Shown here: positions 1 to 11,704 of the stretch, in pieces
Layout of the letters: the number at the start of each line of letters is the position of its first letter
How positions within the stretch are numbered: the stretch's first letter is position 1
From: Octopus sinensis
Taxonomy: Eukaryota
Length of the DNA: 64,000 nt
Direction: 5' to 3'
NCBI RefSeq assembly: GCF_006345805.1
Contig: NC_042999.1
Location: 148,862,001 to 148,926,000 of the forward strand
Notes under the pieces: model-generated
What the model was told of the DNA's origin: nothing
The model's database searches: none
What the model saw: only the letters and a program-made list of their open reading frames with translations
Made by a program: the position numbers and the translations under genes

Positions 1-18
1 GAGATGATACACAGGTAT

Positions 19-427
19 TATATATTAGAAGAAATGAGGTACTCAGAAATCTGGATGGTTTTATATTTACAGATATTTATTAATATGTCACATGTTTTTA
101 TAAATCGTATATTAGCACTTGCGTCCACTCTAGTAGGGGTGGAGAGAGAGATATAAGATAGTACAAGAGTGTGAGAAATGGGGAGAAAGTGAGACATACA
201 CTCTTTATCACTTTCTCCCCATTCCTCACCCTCTTGTACTATCTTATATCTCTCTCCACCCCTACACTCAATAATACTATAAAATGAGACAAAATTCCTG
301 AAAAAGTTCAATCTGACAACTCCACTAGAGTGGACGCAAGCGCTAATATATGATTTATAAAAACATGTGACATATTAATAAATATCTGTAAATATAAAAC
401 CATCCAGATTTCTGAGTACCTCATTTC

Positions 428-439
<12 letters not shown>
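19..439. mobile_element. Fold-back (MITE-like) element with nested inverted repeats
   Basis: Outer arms 19-134 / 324-439 are near-perfect reverse complements (TATTAGAAGAAATGAGGTACTCAGAAATCTGG...). Inner arms are 133-191 / 207-264. Followed by (TA)n. Confidence 0.75.

Positions 440-464
<25 letters not shown>
433..464. repeat. (TA)n microsatellite
   Basis: Direct reading. Confidence 0.95.
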
Positions 465-471
<7 letters not shown>

Positions 472-506
472 CTGTAAATTAATATGTGACAATTATTCGG
501 TAGCCG

Positions 507-569
507 TGATAAAACTCCGAGTTTTGGATGTTTGTGTGGAAACCCATGCTGGCATCTCTTCAGTTATCA
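507..569 (-). ncRNA. Decayed type I hammerhead ribozyme motif (Penelope-like)
   Basis: Minus strand: stem I TGATAA/TTATCA, core CTGAAGA, stem II GATG...CATC, CAAAAC in place of (C)GAAAC, palindromic stem III AC-TCGGA-GT, triplet GUU. Confidence 0.6.
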
Positions 570-1869
570 GGCCATCAAAAAAATGCAATGAAAATGACCG
601 TTGAACATAGGGAAATTACTGTGTGATTGACCGTTATTAAGACAAAAGAGCTATTAGAATGACCGCTAAGTAAGGGAAGAGAGTAAAGGTAAGAGAGTAA
701 AAATGTTCATAGTAATCGCATAAGCACATGTATCCATACATACACACATGCACCCGCACACCCACATACATGTGCCTATATGTATATACTCATCCACCCT
801 CACTTGAAACACACACAAGCTCACCCACATATTTGCCAAAAAATATATATACATACCTGCATACATGCTTGTGCACACACACATACGCACAAAAGTGGTT
901 CATACACATATCTATATACGCATATGCACAAGAATAAACAGGGCTAAAGGCAAAATACAGAAAAATGTGTAAAAAAATGTAAAAAATAAGCAATAAGGGT
1001 AAAACACATCTATATATGCACATGCTCGCATGCACGCACACACACGTCTATATATGCACATACCTGCACACATGCACACATCCACACACATGCACAAAAA
1101 ATTCCATATACACATTTATATATGCATAGAAAAAATGCAGAGTGGAAGGTAGAATATAGAAAAATTATGTGTAAAAAATATATGAGCAATACAACTATGA
1201 AACAATAACTCTATAAATATGTAAAAAAATATATAAAAAATATTTAAGAAATATAAGTGAAAAGTATAGAGAGATAAAAAGCCTGTACGTGAACACAATA
1301 TAGAAAGCAAGTACTATCCGAAATCTCGGTGGGGACCAAAAATGTAACAATTATTTAGCCACATATGGACATGATCCAAAAAGTTCAGTTCTTGAATATA
1401 GACATGTGCTGCTTTTCCAGATGAGCCATCTTACACGCACACACACACACACTGATTGCAGCTTCTTGTCAGAAGACTGCCATCTCTTCATTGAGCCTGC
1501 ACAGTTATGTGCATGCAGGTGATTTTTCAGCTCAGCTTTCATTCTGCAGAAATGTTCAGATGTGACATTTATTTCTCTTTTCAGTACAAATGTACCAAGG
1601 TACATGTGGCAGTGAAACCATCTCATAAGCAGCTTGATTTTTCCTTGGCTCATGTCACTTTAGATAGCTGATAAACCTAGCTCTTGAGAGAGGAAATCCT
1701 CCATACACGTTGCACTTTGACTCCTGCTGGGTTTCCACAGGCAATGCAGTTTGGTTATGCATATAGCAAAAACACTTCAAAGCAACATGCTTCATTCATT
1801 TTTGCTTAAAGATACCACATCTGAGCTTGATAATCTTTTTCCATGATGTACTTTATATATATATCTCTC

Positions 1870-2244
1870 TCTATATAAATGGCAGTTTGTCTGTGCGTGT
1901 TTCTGTGTGTCTGTTTGCTTGTACCCTCACTCTGACCACGGCTTTCAACCAATTCTGATGAAACTTGACACACACATAGCCCAATGTCATAATTCAAAAC
2001 TAACGCAGCGAAAATTTGAAAAGTCCCCCAGTTCTGAAAAAGATCGATAAATTCGACATGGGGTCGACAATCAGAAACACAAACCGCAGATGGTGTAGGG
2101 GACGCAACTTGGCTTTTTTAACTACCCAAAAAATTTACCATCATTTTTTTCCCATTTTTTTGCTATTTTTTGGCTATAACTCTCTAAAAGTGCTTTATAG
2201 TTATTTCCCTTACAAACCTGAGCAACGCCGGGCGATACTGCTAG
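1870..2244 (+). mobile_element. Non-autonomous Helitron
   Basis: 5' TCTATATAAATGGCAG...TGTCTGT start; 3' GC-rich hairpin (CCTGAGCAACGCCGGG) then CTAG|T; no TSD. Confidence 0.7.
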
Positions 2245-2284
2245 TATATATATATATACTTTTTTTATTTTATCTCATGTCCAT

Positions 2285-2330
2285 TGTCTGGAAATCTTTT
2301 GTCACATATCTGTGACATCTTCAGCGACAC
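2285..2330 (-). ncRNA. Decayed hammerhead motif in a Penelope-derived fragment
   Basis: Minus: GTGTCG CTGAAGA T GTCAC-AGATAT-GTGAC AAAAG ATTTC CAGACA. The related copy at 51460-51610 keeps GAAAG. Confidence 0.45.
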
Positions 2331-2419
2331 TTTTCATTTTCATGTGTCCTCTTGTTCCACTTTATTCTGTTTGTCTAAGATGTGTATCCTTATGTGCACA
2401 TGCTTTTGTGTCCAAGTTT

Positions 2420-2421
2420 GT

Positions 2422-2464
<43 letters not shown>

Positions 2465-2535
2465 TGTGAGTATGTGTGTGAGTGTGTTTGTATGTGTGTA
2501 CGCGTGTGTGTGTGCGTGCGTGTGTATGCTTGTGT
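2420..2535. repeat. (TG)n-rich microsatellite
   Basis: Direct reading. Confidence 0.9.
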
Positions 2536-2647
2536 GAGTGACATTGTTCTTAGCATCAGTATGGCCTTCCCCTCAGCCCCATCCTCTCATCCCATTGTGC
2601 TACTGTTGTCCTAAGACTCCAAAATTTGGTAGTTTCTGTGTCTCTCT

Positions 2648-4384
2648 GTGTTTGCCCAGGGAAAAGCACCACTGATGCTATATTTCTGGGAAGGCAGTTG
2701 CAGGAGAAGTACATAGCCAAAGATAAACCTCTGTACTTAGCTTTTGTTGACTTGGAGAAAGCTTTTGACAGGGACCCCGATCCTTTATCTGGTGGTTAAT
2801 GTAGAAACTAGGCATAGACAAGTGACAGGTGAGAGATGTACAAGCCATGTACAGAGATACTACCAGTAAGGTGAGGATTGGCAATGAGTACAGTGAAGAA
2901 TTCAGGGTACAAGTAGGGGTTCACCAAGGATCGGTCCTAAGTCCCCTCTTCATAGTCCTCTAGGTAACAACACAGGAATTTAAGACATACTGCCCCTGGG
3001 AGCTCCTCTATACTGATGACCATGTTCTCATAGCTGAATCACTACCAGAATGAGAGAGGTTCCAGGTATGGAAGCAAAGTCTAGAATCAAAGGGCCTTAA
3101 ACCTAGCAAAAACCAGTTTTAGTAAGTAGGAAGGCAGACAAATCACAAGTTCCTTCAGGTAGATTACCCTGCTCGATCTGTTGAAAAGATGTTAGTAGTA
3201 ACTCTGAAAGATGCACCTGGTGTAAGCTTTGGACACATAAAAGGTGCAGCAATATCAGAGGAAGGTTAAAACAGGAAGCTTTTGTGCATGGTAGATACAC
3301 AGGTATAATAAACACTGAAAATGTACAGAAAATAGACTCCATCAACTACCATGGAGGTAAGGTAGAGGTTGTAGATAGCTTCCGTTACCTCTCAGTGTGA
3401 AAGGCAGATTGTATGATGCCTGTGTGTGAACAGCTATGCTAAATGGATATGAAATGTAGGCTGTGACAGCTGAGGACATGTGTAGGCTTGAAAGAAATGA
3501 AGTCAGTATGCTTTGCTGAATGTGCAATGTCAGTGTGCATGTTTGACAGAGTGTAAGCATCTTGAGAGAAAAGTTAGGCATAAGAGGCATCAGATGTGGT
3601 GTGCAAGAGAGAAGACCATGCTGGTATGGTCATGTGATGTGTATGGATGAGGACAGCTATGTAAAGAAGTGTCGATCCCTTAAATGTGGAGGGAACCTGG
3701 AGTAGAGATAGACCCAAGTAAATATGGGATGATGTGGTGAAGCATGATCTCCAAACTTAGGGCCTCATATAGGCAATGACTAGCAACCGAGACCTTTGGT
3801 GATATGCTGTGCTTGAGAAGATCCATCAAGCCAAGTGAAATCACAGTCATGGCTGATGCTGGCACCCATGCAGGTAGCATATAAAAAGCACATTTCGAGA
3901 GTTGAACCTCAAAGAGGTAAAGTGATTGAGCTCCTTTCAAATGTTGGGCCTCATAGAGGCAATGACCAAGACTTTTGGCATTATGTTGTGCTTAAGAAGA
4001 AGACCCATCAAGCCAAGTAAAACCAAAGTTATGGCAGATACTGGTATCATGCAAATGGCACCTATGCTGGTGGCACATAAAAGCACCTTTCGAGCATTGG
4101 ACCTCACATAGGCAAAAACCGAGACCATTTGGCATTATGCCATGCTGGAGAAGAAGACCCATCAAGCCAAGTAAAACAGTCATGGGAGATAGCGGTGTCA
4201 TGCAAATGGCACGTGTACTGGTGGTATGTAAAAACACCCATTACACTCTTGGAGTGGTTGGCATTAGGAACAGCATCCAGCTGTAAAAACCATGCCAAAA
4301 TAGACTGGAGTCTGATGCAGCTTTCCAGTTTGCTAGTGCAGGTCAAACTGGCCAACCCATGCCAGCATGGACAACGGACATCGA

Positions 4385-4428
<44 letters not shown>
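2648..4428 (+). mobile_element. 5'-truncated, decayed RTE-clade LINE (RT 3' half, repeated 3' region, (GAT)n tail)
   Basis: Broken frames read GKSTTDAIF..QLQEKYIAKDKPLYLAFVDLEKAFDR, VRIGNEYSEEFRVQVGVHQGSVLSP and PWELLYTDD. Ends ...CCCATGCCAGCATGG...(GAT)n at 4385-4428. Confidence 0.85.
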
Positions 4429-4731
4429 ATATATTGTTAATTTGTTCTTCATTGAGTACACAGGGGTTGGAAGACCCCTTGTATTTTCCCTTGCCAGCTG
4501 ATGTAATATACTGGTATTGAGAGCAATCAGCTGACACACTTAGACACTTGTTCAAGGACTTCCCAAGCCTATTACCATTTTTGCTTGATCTTAAAGAATC
4601 CATTTTTTCCAGTACAGGAGGTAGGGATTTCAATCCAGAATATACTATACTGAACCAGACACTACAACACATCTCACCTGACACACTTGCAGGAGTAGAC
4701 ACTGCAAGGCATCCAATCTGATGCTCTACAC

Positions 4732-5004
4732 CAATGGTTCTCAACCAGAGCCCATATGAACCTTGGAGGTCCATATGAACTTTGAGGGTCAGTATGAATT
4801 TTAAGGGTCCATATAAGGTTTTGTTGTTAAGATATATGTGCAATGAATTAGTTAAACTTCTACAATACACAAAATATTTCAACAATTTTTTTCACACAGT
4901 TCCAAATAATATTCGATTATAAAAATATAATAGGCTATGAGGGCCCACCTGAATAAAACAGAAACCAAAGGGGTTCATAGAAGTAAAATGTTTGAGAACA
5001 ACTG
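4732..5004. mobile_element. hAT-type MITE
   Basis: TIR CAATGGTTCTCAAC / TTTGAGAACAACTG; 8-bp TSD CTCTACAC at 4724-4731 and 5005-5012. Confidence 0.85.
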
Positions 5005-6074
5005 CTCTACACAGTTTCTGTCAACCAAATTCCATTCACTAGATATTTCTCTGACCAAGGCTGAGGTAAAAGAACATAGAACTTTAAAATTTGGAAATGA
5101 ATTTTTTTACCACAAGATCAGGACATCATTTCATCCAGTCCTAACATAACTACCATTCATATACCAGAAAATGGGTTGAACTCTAGAAACGTAACCTCAA
5201 AAACAGCCAAGTGCAAGCACTGAAGATCAGGATAAGCAATTGTTATCCAAACCAGAGTTACATTAGAGCCACACATTAACTATGTTGTCACTTTATCTGC
5301 TAGAAATAGCAGCTAAAATCCTACCATCTTAAACAAACAAAGAATATATTGAATAATGTAATCTGATGTACTATGTCTGATTAAAAGAAGGATGGTCATG
5401 GTAAGAATGCATTTAAATCATGTCTGCTGAAATCAGAACTAACCTGGAGCTAAACAGCAACTTTTGACAGTAAGATCAATAAGTAGTTAAATGCCATATA
5501 ATTTTTTTTTTTCTCTGTAAGTTCCATGTGCTCCAAGTGTCATAATTTCCGTATGACATTAACAACAACTACGACAACAACTGCTATCATAATACATTGA
5601 CTGTAATAGACGTAATTATTTTTTGTGGAAAAGAGAAAATCATGATACTCAAGCAGTGCATAGAGACAATACTGCAAACTCTATTCCAGATATCAATCTA
5701 CCGAGAAGTACTGATCGTAGAACTCACTGCTGCAAAAGCAGAAGCAGCAGCACTGTAGGATTGCTGAGAGTTGGTTTTAGACTGATAAATGAAATTTGTT
5801 CTATGACAGAAGCTACCTTTGATAGACAAATGTCACATCTAAAGGAAGAGCAAGCTCTCATTTGGTTTTGTTTTATATAATACAGTTTATGAGCGATGGC
5901 GTCATTGGTTACAAGTTTTTAGCAGAGTGACAATGAAGAGCCAGTAGCTTGCTATATCTCAAGGGACTTTGTTGCTGAAGTATTGGGTTTTTTTGGGTTT
6001 TTTTTTTGTTTTCTCACCTGTGTTTATGTCCTTTAGTAATACACAGGTAAAAAATATACACATACATGCATATG

Positions 6075-6087
6075 TATGTGTGTGCGC

Positions 6088-6118
<31 letters not shown>

Positions 6119-6222
6119 GTTAAGGAAAGGAGACAGTAACACATACATACAAGCATGCACACACATACACACATACATATACATACTTACATACATACTT
6201 ATACACATATACATATACCTAC

Positions 6223-6260
<38 letters not shown>

Positions 6261-6265
6261 TGTTT
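6075..6265. repeat. Compound (TG)n/(CATA)n microsatellite
   Basis: Direct reading. Confidence 0.9.
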
Positions 6266-6649
6266 GTGTTTCTGTCTGCATCTAAGGTTTATGTTTACAC
6301 CATTTAACAATTAGTGTTGTTTATTTTGTGACTCTTTATGTCCAGTAACTTAGTAGTTCAACAAATAGAGACCAATTAATTAAGTATCAGACTGATATTA
6401 ATACTAAAGTTAATATGATCTCTTTTCAATACATCAAACTTGCCTGAAACTCCACTTGATTCTATGATGCAAAATTCATATTTTTAAATGATCTAAATTA
6501 CAGCCTTCCTTCATAATCCCATGTTAATTGAGGTCCCTAACACTAGCTCAATAATGACAATGTTATTTTACAAAATTCTTCCTTATTTCAAAATTCTTTA
6601 GAAATACAGGCAGTAAATTCCAACAGAAATATGATTACATAATAGTTAA

Positions 6650-6869
6650 CCTTTTAGCATTTAAAACAGCCATATCCAACCCAAATATTCTGCCTGTTTT
6701 ATTTTCAAACTGGTCAGATCCAGCTTCTCACCCCTACCCTATAAAGTCATACTAAAAATAGAAACTCAAATCATTGAACTTTCAAAGCTATAAAATATTG
6801 CATGATTAATTCCAAATAATGTGAATAAATATGCATTACATTTGATAGGGTAATCTGAATGTGAAAAGG
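6650..6869. mobile_element. piggyBac-type MITE (TTAA-flanked)
   Basis: TTAA at 6646-49 and 6870-73. Termini CCTTTTAGCATT / AATGTGAAAAGG. Same family as 39953-40173. Confidence 0.7.
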
Positions 6870-7719
6870 TTAAAGGCAGTACAACAGCATGGCAGCAGTC
6901 CAACAACTGAAACTTGTAGAAGGACAAAAGAACTAAATTCAATGGAAGGAGTCTCTGAGAGAGCTAGTCTTTGACTGGGATAATGTTGCCAAAACTGTGG
7001 ACAATCTTCAGTTAATATAAATTACATTTATGATGTTTAATACGGACATGTATTGATTTTTAGTGCAGACATTTCAAGCTTGGATGCTCTTTTTAATAAC
7101 CTGCTTCTATTTGTGACCAACATTTGATGAGTTACAGACCAAAAGCAAATAATCACCTCTAAACCATGTTCGTTGTTGTTAAACAACCCTAATTGAACAC
7201 ACTTTTGTTCAAAAGCATTCCAGCCATGGCCATCACATGTATTCTTCAGACAAAGTATCTTTAGGGATATTTTTGGCAATGCATCCTTTTTTTAAGACAG
7301 AAGGTAGAAATATGAAAGAGATTTGACTGTTATGTTAGCATGTCAACTGACCACAGAGAAACTCTTAGACTGGTCTGAAACTGAACTGGGCAGGTTTTTA
7401 AAAATGATTTTTATTTATTTATTTATTGTTCCATGACTGCTCATATCTGATAATCTATCATTTTACATTTTCTGGAAAGTATATCTGATCAAGAATGTAT
7501 AAGAAGTGCACACATAAATCAGCCAAGCATTTGACCATATCCATTCTTGTCTGTATTGCCCAAGCATTTCAATCAACTGATATTATTGGAGTTATCTCTC
7601 TTGCTTTTTATTTGAACCCGTTTCAACCCACTTGAGACTACTCCTAGTGCTTTGGTACAAACTTACTGCTTTAAAGTAATCCAAACTAAAACTTTCTATT
7701 GAAATTTCTCCTTTATTTA

Positions 7720-9000
7720 TAGGGTCTTGCAGATAAATTGAAACAACTTTTATGGTGCATAAAACTGGTTATAAATACTAAATTAATGGTAGTAGACAGA
7801 TATCATTTTAATGTAACATTTATTACAACAAAAACATTTATCACTCAACATGGCCACCATTTTGAGCAATTACTTTCTCCCAATGAGAATGAAATTTTTT
7901 TGCAGCTGCCACAACATCTGCTCTTTTGATTTTGCACGTCATATACACAATGTGGGTCTTCAATCTCTTGACACACGAGTGTGGTGAAGCATTGGTCCTT
8001 GCTTGAAGTATGCCCCATAAAAAGTAATCAAGAAGGTTGAGATCTGGGCAATTACTGGGCCAGATGTTGGCCCTCACAAAAAATGGCACCTTCTCACCAA
8101 GGAAGACCTGTGTTGCTTTTGACTCATGGCATGGTGCAGAATCCTGGATATGCATGACATTGTCAAGCCCAAACTTCTGTGCCATCCAAGGTAACAGAGA
8201 GTTCTTCAGGATGTCCAGATACTCCTTTGTGCCGATCTTCAAACCAAATTCAATGGAGTGTTTGGATCCATGACACTCCCATTGCTTGCCACAGTTCCAA
8301 ATACCTTCACAGAGGCAGGATTCTTAGCCTCAAACACAGGGGGGACGTCAGAAGGGTTGTACGCAATCACTCAAGAATTTCTGTGATTCACCTCAGTATC
8401 CACAGTGAACTTTTCATCCACAAATACAAGAGTTTTTCCTGCACCTTGATGCTTGATGAATGACTGAAGCTTTGGGCATCTCTTGGCTCTGTTTGCTAGG
8501 CTTTGGCTGTTAGAAAGTGACTGTGTCATTGAACATAGTTAGTCATGCCAAGGTTCCTGTTCACAGCGCTGGACACCGTGGAAAGGGACACATTGCATTT
8601 CTTTGCAAGAGTTTTCATGGATGTGGATGAGTTGGTTTCAATCAATCATTTGAGTCCAGTGAGAAACTTTGGATTGCACTTGGAATCATTTCAAGTCTTG
8701 TGTTCTTTTCCTTCAATCTTTCTCTCTCCTTTAAATTATTTATACACATGACAAACTGTTGCTTTTGGAAGTTTCATCAACTTAACAGTTCTTTTAGCAT
8801 TGTGACCGGCATGCCAAAACAACAATGACTGAATGATTCTGTTGTTCTATGATTTCTGTTATCAAATCAGTTTGCTATTTACCTGAAAAATTAAGAGGAG
8901 GATTAGATTTTCAAGCAAGCAAGGTTTCGTCAAAAAATGAAATGTTAAACCCACTAAGACAACTGCTTAAAATTGGTCTCAATTTATCTGCAAGTCCCTG
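7720..9000 (-). mobile_element. Full-length decayed maT (DD37D) Tc1/mariner transposon
   Basis: 1281 bp, TA-flanked; TIR (C/T)AGGG(A/T)CTTGCAGATAAATTGA. C-terminal ORF 7841-8242 has QDSAPCH...WPSNCPDLNLLDY with 37 residues between the two Asp. The N-terminal half is interrupted by stops. Confidence 0.9.
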
Positions 9001-9252
9001 TATGTTCCAAACAACAATTTGATTAAGGTAAAAGTTATTTCACTAAATTCTTGTCTGCAAAACTTATTGAAATAATTACAGATTATTTCAACAGAAATAT
9101 ATTAACAATAGGGTTGAACATTCTGAGAGAGACCATTTGTCTACTAATTGCTTGGATAACCTCAGTTGCTTCGAAATTTTTCATCTTACCATATTTAAAA
9201 AGTGAGACTTTTACTGTAGTTCGCCTGTAAATTTGTATTTTATTAGAGTCTA

Positions 9253-9750
9253 CCGTAAATCCTCGAATATAGGGGATTTTTAGGGGGCTGTACCTCTAAA
9301 AAACCTAAACCTTGTGTATAATACGCACCACTTCTCTAACTTGAGTCGTGCATAATTAAGCTAGCAGCACCTAGTCGAACAAACACTTCTGTGCATACCT
9401 AATACAATAATGGTGATGTTCTTAACTGTTATATGGGAATGTAAATATGTTTGCAAATTGTTTTCGTTACATGTTATTCTGTGTTCGGAATACTATTATT
9501 TTAATAAATGTTGCTTACTGCAAGTTATGGAGGATTCTTTTTTGGCTTCATTGCTTTCAGGCTTAGCTTAAGGTATTTTCATGCCCCACATCACAAAATG
9601 TGTCTGAATAAACATTGCCAGACAGCAAATAGAAACTCGGACATTGCTTGGAAAATATTTTTCATTTTTAACCTTGTATATAATACGCACTAGGGATTTT
9701 GACCTTTAAATTTTGGGAAAAAAATGCGGATTATACTCGAAGATTTACGG
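9253..9750. mobile_element. pogo/Tigger-like MITE
   Basis: TA TSDs; TIR CCGTAAATCCTCGAATATA / TATACTCGAAGATTTACGG. Confidence 0.8.
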
Positions 9751-10060
9751 TATTTCCATCCATCAAGAAGCCTTTCATTTATCTGGTGGCAAGGCACCTT
9801 GATAACTGAGAGAAAATCTGCTCCTCAGTAAAATATATGAGAAGTTAAGTAGTCAAAGTAAGTTCTCAGACTCCAGATGGGTGTTATTTGTAAGTAGGGT
9901 CATCCTTCTACTCAAGAATAGCTATGTGGTTAAAAAGTTAGATTTGCAGTCATGTAGTTCTGGTTTCAATCCTACTATGTGGTACCTTTGGTAAGTGTCT
10001 TTAGCCATAGCCCTAGGAAGTCTTATGATTGGAATTTGGAAGATGAAAACTTTTAGGAAA

Positions 10061-10215
10061 ACACACACACACACACAAATAAACAGACAGATAGATAGAT
10101 AGATAGATAGATAGATATAGATAGATAGATAGATAGATAGATAGAAAGAGAGAGAGAGAGAGAGAGAGAGATACATACTTACATACATACACACACATAC
10201 AGACATACACTCACA
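10061..10215. repeat. Compound (CA)/(GATA)/(GA) microsatellite
   Basis: Direct reading. Confidence 0.9.
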
Positions 10216-10392
10216 CATACTGTACCATCTTAAGGCATGGGCACACTGAGTAGTTGCCCAGTGCCCATAGGTCTAAGGTCCAAATTCTAATCTATGTATG
10301 CTGTGGCTTATTGTCAGTAAGTAAATTCCATAGGGCTCAATGCATTGATTTGCCCAGGGGCCTTCAGTGGTGCTAAGACAGCACCATATACC

Positions 10393-10402
10393 TATCTATC
10401 TA

Positions 10403-10461
<59 letters not shown>

Positions 10462-10530
10462 GCCTGTCTGTCTGTCCGCCTCCTCTTCCGCCTCCTACTC
10501 ATCATTATCATCATCATCATTCAGTTGTGA
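10393..10530. repeat. (TCTA)/(TCTG)n and (ATC)n microsatellite
   Basis: Direct reading. Confidence 0.9.
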
Positions 10531-11469
10531 GGTTCCAGTTTGAGGTACTGGAATTGTGAGGAGCAGAGAGTCATCCCTTAGTTAACATTACCCCAAGGTC
10601 CATTCTAATCCAGAACAGTAGCACTTGTCAGGGTCTCATCAATGGGTTGGCACCTTGCTGTACTAGAACCAAAATATCTAGAAGACCTGTCCACCACAGT
10701 AGAAGCATTAATTCTCTCACCCTCCTCCAGCTGAAGGGGTTGTTTTTGTTTTGCAAGTGCCCTCATGCTGGTCCAAACAAAAAGCACCTATGCAGGTCCA
10801 TGTAAAAAGTACCCATGCTAGTCCACATGAAAACCACTCATGCCCTTCCACATAAAAAGCACCCAGCACACTCTGTAAAGCAATTGGCATTAGGAAGGAT
10901 ACCCAGTTGTAGAAACCAAGGCAAATAAGGCTGGACCCTGGTGCAGCTGTTCATCTTACTAGCCCTGATCAAATCATGCAACACATGCCATCATGGAAAA
11001 CATGTTAAATGATTGTAGGCAAAGCTATTTGAAACAGGTTCGCTTTGCCCACAAAATATTACTGGGAGTCAACTACAGTTATCACCCCTGTTGAATGTTC
11101 TAGAACATTCCAAGCAACCTTGTTTAGCTTCCCCTTTGCTAGCATAAGAGGTGTAACTGCTAAACTACACACTGTAGGGTGTGAGAGGTAACCTCGACTA
11201 CTTAATAGTGAACTCCAATTGAATCTCTCTCTCTTTTCTCTAAGATGTGGCAAAGTCAATATCAGAGAGAGAGCCAAGCACAAAGCTTCAATGTTTCTTC
11301 CACCAACAACTCCCTCATGCACTGATACAAGTGTTTGTCATCACTTACTGCACCAGAGGTATAATACAGCCATTGAAATAATGACCCAACACAGTCATTA
11401 AATGATGATTATGATGGTTATGGAGGCTCCTGCTACTTCTGACAAAGCCCTTAGAAAGGTAACTCTTCT

Positions 11470-11704
11470 TATTTCTTTATTGCCCACAAGTGGCTAAACA
11501 TAGAGGGGACAAACAAGGACAGACAAATGGATTAAGCCGATTACATTGACCCCAGCGCATAACTGGTACTTAATATATCTACCCCGAAAGGATGAAAGGC
11601 AAAGTCGATGTCGGCAGAATTTGAACTCAGAACGTAACGGTAGACGAAATACTGCTAAGCATTTCACCCGGCGTGCTAATGTTTCTACCAGCTTGCAGCC
11701 TTGG
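11470..11704 (-). mobile_element. Full-length SINE with Deu/Nin-like central domain
   Basis: 16-bp TSD GAAAGGTAACTCTTCT at 11454-69 and 11705-20; B-box-like GAGTTCAAATTC; GCCTTTCATCCTTTCGGGG...AAGTACCAG domain; AATAAAGAAATA tail. Confidence 0.85.

Noticed and set aside
666-1310. Several 64-83 aa ORFs rich in C/V/M/Y/H/T
   Set aside because: Low-complexity CA/TA-rich sequence; no coding signal
1351-1800. 100-aa minus-strand ORF
   Set aside because: No recognisable homology or splice context; probably old LINE debris
4129-4885. ORFs with poly-Asp, poly-Ile or poly-His tracts
   Set aside because: They are translations of the (GAT)n tail of an RTE element in different frames
7037-7279. 80-aa minus-strand ORF in unique-looking DNA
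   Set aside because: No motif and no convincing splice sites; not linkable to either gene
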